Of a DNA stretch of 64,000 nt, positions 24,340-36,500 are shown piece after piece. Positions within the stretch are counted from its first letter, which is position 1; the number at the start of each line of letters is the position of its first letter. The stretch lies in NCBI RefSeq assembly GCF_026571515.1, contig NW_026867184.1, forward strand, positions 310,001 through 374,000, given 5' to 3'. Under the pieces are notes generated by a model. That model searched no databases. It was not told where the DNA came from and saw nothing but the letters and a program-made list of their open reading frames with translations. Source of the stretch: Ruditapes philippinarum (Eukaryota). The translations under genes and the position numbers were made by a program.

Positions 24340-25772
24340 AAACCCAGCAATTATAGACCAATCTCCCTCACATGCATAGCGTCCAAATTGATGGAGCACA
24401 TCTTAGTGTCCAATATTATGTCCTTTTATGATAAACACAACATCCTTAGCCCCTATCAACATGGCTTCAGGTCAAAACGGAGTTGTGAGTCCCAGCTAGT
24501 AAGCTTCTCCCAGGAAATTCATGACAATCTTGAAAGTGGCCAACAAACTGATGTCATAGTCATGGATTTCAGTAAGGCATTTGATAAGGTGGACCATCAC
24601 AAACTTGTGAGTAAACTAGAAAGATTTGGTATAAGTTATGAGGTTACAAATTTGGTCCATTCCTTCCTTAAGTCACGCTCCAAGCAAGTTGTAGTTGAAG
24701 GTCAAAAATCAGGAATACTACCAGTTCTCTCAGGTGTCCCCCAAGGCTCGGTATTAGGTCCCTGCCTTTTCCTTTCTTACATAAATGACCTCCCAGATAG
24801 TGTCAAAGGTAAGGTGAGACTCTTTGCAGATGATACTGTTGTCTACCTAACCATCAGATCTAAACAAGATGCCCAAACCCTCCAAGATGACCTTCATGCT
24901 TTAGAAAAATGGGAAAAAGACTGGTCCATGGAGTTCAACCCTGACAAATGTGAAGTTCTCAGGATAACAAGAAAAAGGAACCCTGTAATATTTCCTTATA
25001 CCCTCCATAACATTCAACTAAACTCAACTCAAGAAGCGAAATACTTAGGAGTCACTATTAGTCAAGACCTTTCATGGACCAAACATATAAACAACATCAC
25101 ATCTAAAGCAAATAACTCCCTCAGATTCATTAGAAGAAATGTTAAAACTCCAAATAAAAAGATAAAAGAAACTGCATATAAGACCTATGCTAGACCTCAG
25201 GTTGAATATTGCTCCATAGTTTGGCATCCTTGGCAGAAATACTTAATATATAAGATAGAGCAAGTACAAAGATCAGCTGCTAGATACATTTTTAATGATT
25301 ACGACTATACAAGTAGTGTCTCAAAAATGATAAATGATCTTAATTGGCAAACCCTTGAACAGCGTCGAAACATCAGTGCTGTAACCTACTTGTATAAAAT
25401 CCAAAACAACATTGTTTTTGTTGACCACCAACACCTTACTCAAACAAGAAATCTGAACTACCTGATACCCTACTCGAGGACACAATATCATCAAAATTCA
25501 TTCTTTCCTAGGATCATACCTCTTTGGAATAGCCTTCCCCTAACTGTTCAGTCTAGCCCCAGTTTAAACATCTTTACTGAGAGGCTTGACCCATTCTATA
25601 AATTCTAAACTGTACACTATGTCTTTTAAATTAATAGTCTTGTAGAACTTTTATTCTTTTAACTTTTAATTTGCATATAAATAAATTCTTTTATTAACAG
25701 TTCCCTGACAACGCGCCTGCTAGTCATAATCAGAATTGATTGTTAAGCAGTATAATGTAGATGTAGATGTAA
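24340..25772 (+). mobile_element. 5'-truncated CR1/L2-group LINE with an uninterrupted RT domain
   Basis: NYRPISLTCIASK, QHGFR, DFSKAFDKV, GVPQGSVLGP, RLFADD and KYLGV in ORF 24388-25608; 3' tail (TGTAGA)n. Confidence 0.95.
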
Positions 25773-26795
25773 AGATGTCTGTATATCAGATCTGAATGCA
25801 CTAGCATGCCTGTCTAATGAACGGATTAGTTTTACCTATTCAATGCTGCATACAACACCAATGACTGCTTCTAGAGGAATCACTCAGAATCCCAATGGGC
25901 CCTTCGCTGTCAGGGGTTACAGGCTTACAGCCACTCAAAGGTTATCAAAGATACATATACTCACGTATTCACCTATCTCGTACCAAGGTCCGCAAGTACT
26001 ACACTCCTCCCCGTCCTATTTGAAGGTGTTGGTCCACCCTGACGACCTAACCAAACAGGCTCTTATTTTTGGGATGACCTTCCTGGTTCTAACCAGTACT
26101 GCTGTTGCAACTACTTGCTTTTTCAATTAGTACTACAAGTTACGATACCCCCTCCCTTGTGATCAAGGGGCCTATTCTACCAATAACCACAATTTGTGGA
26201 TCACGGGTCCTATACCAATGGAACATAACGATCTAAGATGTTTCGAGGTCTCTAACCATTGATCCCAAATAAGCACCTATATGGCTTAATCAGACTATTC
26301 TACTGAGAGCGACATCATCCCCTCAATGCACAGCCACAGAGAGATTACCGAAGACAATTGGATAATTTCCTTCTAAATTCTGGCCTCATTCTGGTCTCAG
26401 CAACGCGCAACTTGACCCCAACGATCAAATCTGAAGTAGAACTACTACCTTTCGGCGGACTGAAACAGAAGACTCACCCTAATGACTGCCTCCAAATGGT
26501 CGTTTAACCGGCAGCTCACAACGGTGAACCACACACTCATGATTTGGAACTTCTCCAGCCGCCGAGGACTGATTAAGACGATGTATACATTCAACTCACC
26601 TAGTGATTTTATCCACTATCATAAGTACATGCCCATGTACCCGTTTCATGGGGGATCCTGCCTGGTACTCTGTCAAATGGCACTTCTCCGGCCAGTCGAC
26701 TTACCGGCCTCACACTATGAAACAAACGGTTTCATATCATAGCCTAAACCATATCAGGTATACTTCTCGTTAACTTGTTCCTTGATACTAGTAAC

Positions 26796-27682
26796 TACGG
26801 AATGCCGTTAGGGCCATCGCCTATAAATGTGTTGATCTAAAACGCGATAGTCGATAGTACGATGGTGAAAACGCGAAATCACGAAACTACGATGGTGAAA
26901 ACGCGAAAGCACGATGATGAAAACGCGATAGTACGATGATGAAATCGCGACAGTACGATACTACGATGATGAAAACGCGATAAACTATCGTGTTTTCACC
27001 ATCGTACTGTCGCGTTTTCACCATCGTAGTTTCGTGATTTCGCGTTTTCATCATCGTACTGTCGAGTATCGAGTTTCAGACCAAACCATTCATAGGCGAT
27101 GGCCCTAACGGCATTCTCGAATGCGGCATTCTGGAATGCCGTAAGGGCCATCGCCTATGAATGTGTTAATCTGAAACGCGATAGTCGATAGTACGATGGT
27201 GAAAACACGAAATCACGAAACTACGATGGTGAAAACGCGAAAGTACGATGATGAAAACGCGATAGTACGATGATGAAATCACGAAAGTACGATGGTGAAA
27301 ACGCGATAGTACGATGATGAAAACACGACAGTACGATGATGAAAACGCGATAGTACGATGGTGAAAACGCGATAGTACGATGGTGAAAACGCGATAGTAC
27401 GATGATGAAAACACGACAGTACGATGATGAAAACGCGAAATCACGAAACTACGATGGTGAAAACGCGACAGTACGATGGTGAAAACACGATAGTTTATCG
27501 CGCTTTCATCATCGTAGTATCGTACTGTCGCGTTTTCATCATCGTACTTTCGCGTTTTCATCATCGTGCTTTCGCATTTTCACCATCGTAGTTTCGTGAT
27601 TTCGCGTTTTCATCATCGTACTATCGACTATCGCGTTTCAGATCAACACATTCATAGGCAATGGCCCTAACGGCATTCCGTA
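26796..27682. mobile_element. Tandem dimer of a fold-back MITE with a 22-bp minisatellite, IS3EU-like termini
   Basis: TIR TACGGAATGCCGTTAGGGCCAT / ATGGCCCTAACGGCATTCCGTA; 6-bp TSD AGTAAC at 26790-26795 and 27683-27688; internal ACGATG(G/A)TGAAAACGCGATAGT repeats; internal TIR junction at ~27090-27160. Confidence 0.8.
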
Positions 27683-29415
27683 AGTAACACCCTGATGCAG
27701 TACGTTTATATGTATGGCACTTGCACAAAACAACCATATTTTGGATATTGAATTATTGCCATTGCCTGTTTATAAAAAAAAATGATGAAATATAATTGTA
27801 TCATAGTTTGGAGACCTAAAAGTTGAAAATGTGTCAGAGTTAAATCGTATACATATATATGCACAGTGCGTTAACTGGAGTGCAGGTGTTAGTTACCCGC
27901 ACTCCAGATTGGCTCATTTCTTCTGGGGTTTTCTTATTGTGACGACAGAGAAACCGTATTCAGATGCTCATTTATTGGCTACTTTTTCTGGGGTGTCATA
28001 TTGTAACAAGAGGGAACGTGTTTTTATTTTTAACTATGCTACAAAAGAGAAAGAATATCAAAACACTCCGCAATCCGACTTACACTTTCGTACAAATCAG
28101 ATAGCCTCTTGTTTCGATGCTCTTTCTATTACTTACAACGCAGGTGGCGTCGGATTCGATTTAACCGTGTGCATGTAGTAAGTTGGAGAAGTAAATATGT
28201 GGGCTCCTGTCTCACTAGGCGTTTCCAGTAAAACATTAAACCTAAAGCGAAATTCAGTCATTAACCTACCGACAACAGCAAACGACCATTTTTCAGCCAT
28301 ACTCCATCGACGCTGTGATGGGCGAAATCTATGGCCAGTGTGATTGAGATTTGCGGGCATTGTTCTGGCTTCCAAAACTTCAATAGCCGCCTTTTATATA
28401 GTAAAATGAGGTATATCGTTAAATCGGGATATAATTTATTGATGACGATTAACCATTACGAGCATGTCTATATATACAATATATACACTGTATATAAGAC
28501 ACCGGTGTCAGATTCCTGGCACACTTATTGGTGAGGTTTCCTTATGGCATTGACTTAATCCTACCCGTCCTGACGTATTATTAAATGAGATCTAGTATGG
28601 AAGTAATTGAATTTCAGGTTTCACAATTGCGTAGATCTATGTTCTATATTGATAAATCTTGAATTGATAAGCTCCGCTTTTAATAGCATGCTACATGTAA
28701 CATCACTTGTGTATATTAAGACGACTCCTGTTGTCTCCTAGTTAAAATGATACAGTAGTATGTTTTACCTTTACATCTCATTTGAGATATAATATTCACG
28801 ATACTATACTTGTCACTAAATCAAAACATACAATAATCTAAACAGAAATTCATAAAATAGTATTTTATCCAGCCCTTCTCAATCAAAGTATGCAGTGTAC
28901 AGCTGGTCATTCCTTCGCAGCCATTTTACGAGTGCGTAAAACCTCGCGTGTGCACCTTCGATAGAGTTTCTGTAAGTTTCGTGTTATGTACGCAGTAATT
29001 AAGATGTGATTTAATTCAATATGTGTCGCCTGTCTACTGAGCTTTATAGCGCAATAGGGTAACCTACGTATTTATAATTTCTAAATGTCTTACTAGTTGT
29101 ATGATCGAAACCGCGTAATACCATGTTTTTTCTTATTATATTTTCAACATTATTAAAGCTATATGGTTGTTTTTATGTTGTTTGCTTTGTTCTTATATGT
29201 TTTGCAATTATTTTGGTAATTAAAGTCTATACTAGTCTAAAGAAGTAATATTTAAAATTCATTCGGTATAAAATCATTTCAAATGGCATTTAACTAAAAA
29301 AATTATAAATGTTACAAAACAACAATTTTTCACCAAAATTAGGTGAAAGACCACATGTTGACATGGAAAAACTAGATTTTGGGTGATTCCGAGGTTTTTA
29401 ATCATTTTTTGTTAA

Positions 29416-30044
29416 CCCTTTACCTCATATATACGCGAAACAACGCACTTTCGACCCCCCCCCTTTTTAGGCCTGAAATTGTGAAAAAATGTCCTATTTG
29501 GGCCCCAAACACATGTTTTCGTTTGAGAAATGTTGCTAAAAAAGTGAGCACTTTTTCGGCGCCGCCCCCATCCAAAAGATACATCAGGGGGTTGCCAGAA
29601 GGGGGATGTGCCCCCTTCTGTTGGGGGGGGGGGGTGGGGGTTGGAAGGGGGGGCGGAGTCACCCTGATCGCCAAGAAAACTTTGGACTTGTGAGAGGCTA
29701 ACAATGACTCAAGGTCGATCATAAGGTAACGTGTAACCAACGCTGAAAAGCCTTTGACTCTATCTCAATCCCTTAAGAAGTTGCAGCACTTTGAAATAAA
29801 TTTTGATGGAAAAATCGAGGCAAAATAGTGATTTTTGGCAATTTTGAGATGTCCCCTCGTTGCCATGGTAACAGGAAATTTAAGACTGAGCATGTCGTTA
29901 CAAAGGCAATGGTCCAGTCAACATTTGTGCCCAGTTTTATTAGTATTGAAGCATTTTTCATAGTTTCATAGCAGTTTGAACTTGTAACAGGTGGCTTTTC
30001 AGTGAAAACGGCCATTTTTCACATTATGCTCATGAGGGAAAGGG
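29416..30044. mobile_element. piggyBac-type MITE (copy 2)
   Basis: TTAA-CCCTTTACCTCAT ... ATGAGGGAAAGGG-TTAA; TTAA TSD on both sides. Confidence 0.85.
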
Positions 30045-30524
30045 TTAATGCAGTAAAACAGTATACAAATCGGAACAAAAGTATTTCAAAGTATCTTAAT
30101 ATCCTTGTTGATATTTTTGCAAAGCCTTGACCATTTGCATTAAAATAAACTGCAAAAAAAGAAAGAAAAAAGTAAGTTTAAAAGAATGGTAACACAGTAA
30201 TAACTGAACAACAGACCTTTCATATATTAGGCAATCACTTAACTGACTGTACTATTACGGATGTAACTACGAGCTATACATTAAGCTGGTGTGACTTTTC
30301 AAAGCTTAATATTAATTCTCGTAAATTCACGGACAGGACCGAAGTAAAATCGAATATTTCATTAATGTGTGTTGTAATCTTTTCATAATTGACATGTCAA
30401 TAAAAGCAGAGCATTTTGAGACATAGCCTCGACTACCATGTTAACGTTGGAGATAAGAAATTGAATACGTGACTGCATACATATATTACACTGATAACGA
30501 TACTTGTTTTCTATGATAGCTAAA

Positions 30525-33500
30525 ATGGAGGAAATACGCCAAAATATCAAGTGTAAAGATTACATTGCAGTTTTATATGGATTTGTACATACGGGTAGAA
30601 AAACGGAATCTTACACACGAGAAAGACTTCGTTTACTACATCAAAAGATATACAGATTGTTGGCAGGTCTTCCACGTTGTCATGCAAAGTGCAGCTCTCT
30701 CCATAAGTTACAATTTAACAGGTACGTACACGTCTTATATTATTGTTCACATACATATACGAATTTTATTTTGTTACTACTTTCGCGGAATTGTTTATAT
30801 ACATAAAGCCTAACTATATTAATCTCGATCCACCAAACTGTCCGCAATGAGGCAAAATTAAAATCGAAAGTAAATTTCAAGGTTAACATCAATGCTTTTC
30901 AGATAGCACCTATTCCCTTCCTTGACCAACATTTGGAGTCATTCCCAATATATTTTAATGTAAAAGGTAAGATGAAAATACATGTATCTCAATTCAATTA
31001 TCTTCATATGTAACCTGATAAAAATCTTATTCATGCTGATGCTATAATAATATTTCCATTCACAGATAACTAAATTTGACAATTCACCTTAAATCGTATT
31101 TATATTACATAGGATATTGGCCCACAATATGGTAGTCGAGAGGTAAATATTGTAAAAATAAAGACCATAACTAACTACAATTACAATTTTGACGAGGCCC
31201 AAATCAGACTCGACCTAAATCAGACTCAACCTTACACAGATTCCGTCATAAAAGATGTTTTCATTTGTTATCTAGAATATACAATATATGTGTTGCTACA
31301 GAAAAAAGAAGTCCTCAGTATTTGATGTATAAATTGCTTAAAATTGACAAATTAAAACGAAACTTACAAATCTGCTACGCCCTGTCTACCATAATCACAT
31401 GAGTGAACGAAAGCAGTCACGTGACCAATCACTAGCAGGTTTTAGAGGTATCATTGGCGTCCGCGCCGAAGCGCGACTCCCCTCATGGAATGAGAAAAGG
31501 CAATTGAAACTTCTCGGGCCTTTTAGTCGGTCATAACAGCCGATCATTCCGATTGGTATGAGAGTGTTTGATTTTTAAAAAAGAAATGTCGCGATATTTA
31601 CAATGAATAGCGAACTGGAGAATTTCGCAATGCAAACATATTCAAATGAAATAATCTTTTCCGTCAATTAATCACGCTCTTCGGAACGGTCACTCGTGTG
31701 GCGCTATGGTAATAAATAAGAAACTGGAGAATTTTGAAGGAAATGAAATGGAAACATATTCAAACAATTAATTGCATTCGTATAAATCTAGGCGTCCGCT
31801 GTGGGTTAGAATCCCGACAGGGACTTTGGATTCTTTCATATGAGGAAGCTATCCAGCTAGCTTACGGAACGTTGGTGGTTCTACTCAGGTGCCCGTTCGT
31901 GCCTGAAGGGCACCTGAGGTCTTCCTACACCAGTAAAGCTGGAACGTCGCAATATGACCTATATTGTGTCGGTGTGACGTAAAACCGAAAAACAAAACAA
32001 AAGCATGAGGTTTCTGCACGGAAATAAATATTTTTTCCAGCGCACGCACTTCGTAATTTTGATGTAAAATCTAAATAGTATTTCAAAGTAAATACAACAC
32101 ACAAAGAATCACTGATATAGTTTTCTATATACAATTCACTTAGATGGTTTCCATGGCGCGTTTGTTTAAGTAAATCCTGAATACGAATTTTGATTGCTGT
32201 AGATGAAATTTCAATATTATCTAATGTGATACAGTGTAGAGTTTGCATTCTTTGACCAGTACACAATGCTTATAACATTAACAATTCATAACTTAATAAT
32301 CTAAGTGATAAACCCTCTAACGGAAATATTGATTGAAGATAACACATAACAGTTTTATCATGGGATGTTCCCATGTACAATTGTATCTAGATAGAGATGG
32401 CCTTTTATCAGATATTCCTTTCATAAACTGCTTTATCAATATTTGGTTTCCAAATTATATGTTTGAAACTATATACATGTACACAGCACTAGAAATCGTA
32501 TTGATAGCACTATAACCTGATTTATGTTTTATTCTTCATAGTTTAAGGGACTTTTAAATAACTTGGCACAAATAGTCACAATAATAAGACGATATGTCAA
32601 GTACAACACCTGCACCCCTACCTCCAATGTCAAGGTCACACTTAGAGGTCAAAGGTTAACAGAGTCTGTTATATGGTATATTTTGTGTCCCATCCATAAC
32701 TTCTTCATAGATTAAGGGATTTTGTAAACACTTTGCACAAATAATCACAATAATAAGACGATATGTCAGTCACAAAATATGAGTCCCTACCTCCAAGGTC
32801 ACACTTAGAGGTCAAAGATTAACATAGTCTGTTATAGGGTATATTCTGTGTCCGATCTATAACTTCTTCATAGTTCAAGGATTTTGAAAATACTTGGCAC
32901 AAATAGTTACAATAATAAGACGTTATGTCATGCACAACACCTGTACCCCTACCTCCAAGGTCAAGGTCACACTTAGAGGTCAAAGCTTGACATAATAGAT
33001 TTTTAAATTCCATGTTTCATTTTATTTCTTAAATAAATTTATTGTTGCATTTGCAGATCTAGCATTGATCATAATTTTGGACTGAAAATCGTGAGATCCA
33101 TGCCTCAATCTTTTGAAATAGCATAATTTTATGCTTCATATAAAACTTCCCTGAGGCGGGGGACGTTGGTAACTCTGTTACAAATTCTTGTTCAGTTTGT
33201 TATTCCATTTCCATATCTATATCAAAATAACCATATATTTTTTATAATTTGGTTAAATATTTCAATGTCTAAACTCCATTCCATATCAACAGATAATTTC
33301 TGGCGGTATAGGGCGTCAGCTCTATCATTTAATTTTCCAGGAATGTGATAAGCACTTATCCAAATATTTTTGGATATACAACATTCTCATATATCTTTTG
33401 TCAATGAATTAATTTTTTCTGCCGCCGACCCCCTCCCCCATTTTCGTCAAGTGTGCTACATGTACATGTATTATTGTCGTTGTGTTATCTAACATTAATT

Positions 33501-36500
33501 GTACATTTTCATTTTCCTTGGCAAATCTTTTCAAAGTTAAGAGCGCGGCTTTTAGCTCAAGGTAATAAATATGTTGCACTTTGTCAAAGATATTGTTGCG
33601 TTCTTTGAATCTGCTTGTCACCTGCTGTCAGTTCTTTTTTTCGCTTGTTTATTTGACCAGATTATTTAGTTTACTTTCGGGACCTGAATGTATTAACATT
33701 TGTCTGGTATTTTTTTTACCCAAAAGCTCTTGTACTTCGGATGCTCTTTTTTTACGGTCGAGGCTATAACATTATGTACGCTTGGTCCACATTCTTCTTG
33801 TTTGGTACACGTTGCAGTTTCGCAAGTTTCCTGTCTGAGTGTGAAGACGCACTCTGTTTTTCTTCATTTGTTTACTTCTAGATGTCAAGTCACTTTCACT
33901 TCCCGAGTCTGACAAATCACCACGAGACGAAACTTCATCATACTTTAAGGCATACTAGTATTCAGATTTGTAAGGCTTGTTATTGCCGCTGTTTATTTTT
34001 CCAGTGAATTTTGTTGGTAAAGGCACATATGCTTTGTGTTTGTCGTAACTGTTCTTAAAATACGAACATCACTGGATCAATATTGTTACCTATAGGGGTG
34101 GCCGTATTTAATCCCGCCCCAAAAGAGATTTTCGGATCGATCGGAGGATTTCTATCCACGTGCTTCTTCCGGATGTCGATTCTTCAACAGCACTTCCGCC
34201 GGATGTAGTTGTTAACGTGACCGCCACATATCTAAAAACATTTAAGCGGGATTCATTTTGTCCGGCTGTCAGTTATCCCTTGGACTCCAGGTGCCTCTAA
34301 GAGCTGATTATTCTGAAGAGACCCATTTGCAGAAAAGTTTAACTCACTCTGCTTTTCTGGCCCTTCGACCATAATTGAACAAGTTTACACAGTTCTAATC
34401 ACAAAAAATCCAGCGAAATCGGAATAATTCACTACTTTATATGTTTATGAATGAGACACGATAGAGTAATTCCCTTTTGGTACCAAAAAGAAATAACACT
34501 TTCAACAGATAACAATCCTTAACTAGATAAAAACTATTATTTTTATATTCTTCGTAAAGCCACAAGTGGTCAGTTCCAAGGTAGCGTTGTTCTGCTAGTA
34601 ATTGGTCACGTGACTGCGTTCGTTCACTCGTGGGATTCTGATTGGTTGAAAGGGGTAGCAGAATGTCATGCTTTAAACCATATATGGTTTTCTAATCTGT
34701 GAAATCGATGAAATAAGACTCGTAGTTTGATGGATATTGTGGTCATTTATAATTTGATAAAGTAACACATTTGTACAAGTTTGCGTATAATATTATGCTT
34801 TATTTTAAAATAATACATTTAAAAGAAAGTTCATAATATGACAAAAAGTTGCAAAACTGCATAAATCATATATTTTTCATTCAGACTGATATAGATCAAT
34901 ATCCCACCCACTAATGGTTAAGAAAATAAACCACTTTTTTAAAATTTTCATTAAGGTGCCAGGATTTATTCTACAATTAAGCTGTATAATTCACCTAATA
35001 CAGACACTTTTCCTTTTTATATGCCCCCCCTTCGAAGAAGTGGGGGTATATAGTTTTGCTAATGTCTGTCGGTCGGTAGGTCGGTCGGTCATTCTGTCCA
35101 TTGGTAGACCACATGGTTTCCGCTTACAAACTATTTATCACAAAGTCTTTATATTTCACATACATATAAGTAATAATAAGTAGATGACCCCTATTGATTT
35201 TGGGGTCACTAGGTCAAAGGTCAAGGTCAAAGGGTCCTTAAACGTCAGAATGGTTTTTGCTGATTATCTTGAAAACTATTCATCATAAAGTCTTCATATT
35301 TCAAGTACTGATTTGTCATAACTAGTAAATAAACTTATTGATTTTGAGGTTTCTAGGTCAAAGGTCAAGGTTACAAGGGCCCTAAATGTCAGAATGGTTT
35401 CCGCTAATTATCTTGAAAACTATCAATCACAAAGTCTTTTATATTTTACTTACTGATTGATCATAACCTGTTGATGACCCCTATTGATTTTGGGATCTTT
35501 ATTTCAAAGAACAAGGTCACAGGGGCCTTAAATGTCAGAATGGTTTCTGCTGATTATCTTGGAAATTATTCATCACAAAGTCTTCACATTTCATAAAATG
35601 GTTGGTCATAACTAGTAAATGACCCCTAATGTTTTTGAAGTAACGATGTCAAAGGTCAAGGTCACAGGGCTTTGAATGGTAGCATGGTTATCTTGAAAGC
35701 TATTTATCACCAAGTTTTCATATTTCACATACTGATTGGTCATAACTAGTAGATGACCCCTATTGATTTTGGGGTCACTAGGTCAAAGATCAAACTCATA
35801 GGGGCCTTTAATGTTAGAATGGTTTCAACTTTTTTTCTCAAAGTATTTATATTTCACATACTGATTGGTTATAAAAAGTATGTGACCCCTATTGATTTTG
35901 GGGTCACTAGGCCAAAGGTCAAGCTCATAGGGATCTTAAATATCAGGATAGTTTCCGCTGATATAGATCATGACAACTATTGATCAAAAAGACTTCATAT
36001 TTCACATATTGAATAGCCATATGAGCCGCGTCACGACAAAACCAACATAATGGGTTTGCGACCAGCATGGATCCAGACCAGCCTGCGCATCCGCGTAGTC
36101 TGATTAGGATCCATGCTGTTCGCTATCAGTTTCTCTACTTGTTATTGGGTCTGTAAGTGAACAGCATGGATCCTGATCAGACTGCGCGGATGCGCAGGCT
36201 GGTCTGGATCCATGCTGGTCGCAAACACATTATGTTGCTTTTGTCGTGACGCGGCTCATATGTAGAAGATGACCTTTTGATTTTGGGTTAACTAGTTCAA
36301 AGGTCAAGGTCATCGGGGCCTTAAATGTAGATATGGTTTCAGCTTATTACCTTGAAAACTTTTTATCCCAAAGTCGTCATATTTTAGATATTTATTAGTC
36401 ATAATGGGGTCATTAGTTCAAAGGTCAAGGTCTTTATATTTCACATACTGTTTGGTTATAAATACATGTAGTAGGTCATTATTTTTCTTTTTTCCATAAC

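Larger units (their letters stand above)
31371..34662 (-). mobile_element. Decayed DIRS-type tyrosine-recombinase retrotransposon within the large intron
   Basis: YR remnant LCTGQRMQTL..LLKQTRHG..LCVVFTLKYYL..T.KLR (31925-32266) and YSAINTISSA..FMKGI..RPSLSRY; RNase H remnant YLELKAALL..MLDNTT..HIPGKLNDRADAL (33300-33620); inverted terminal repeats 31371-31438 / 34591-34662 (GCAGTCACGTGACCAAT.ACTAGCAG). Confidence 0.85.

Noticed and set aside
25800-26760. GC-richer segment with ORFs 25843-26130 and 26482-26742
   Set aside because: No recognisable motif in any frame; probably a decayed retroelement, but I cannot assign it.
26840-27640. Regular 22-bp repeats as a CRISPR array, and ORF 27166-27564 as a gene
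   Set aside because: No unique spacers, palindromic arrangement within TIRs and TSD, eukaryotic context; the ORF is just the translated minisatellite.
27831-28534. Short overlapping ORFs, possible THAP-like start
   Set aside because: No complete C2CH pattern or consistent splice model.
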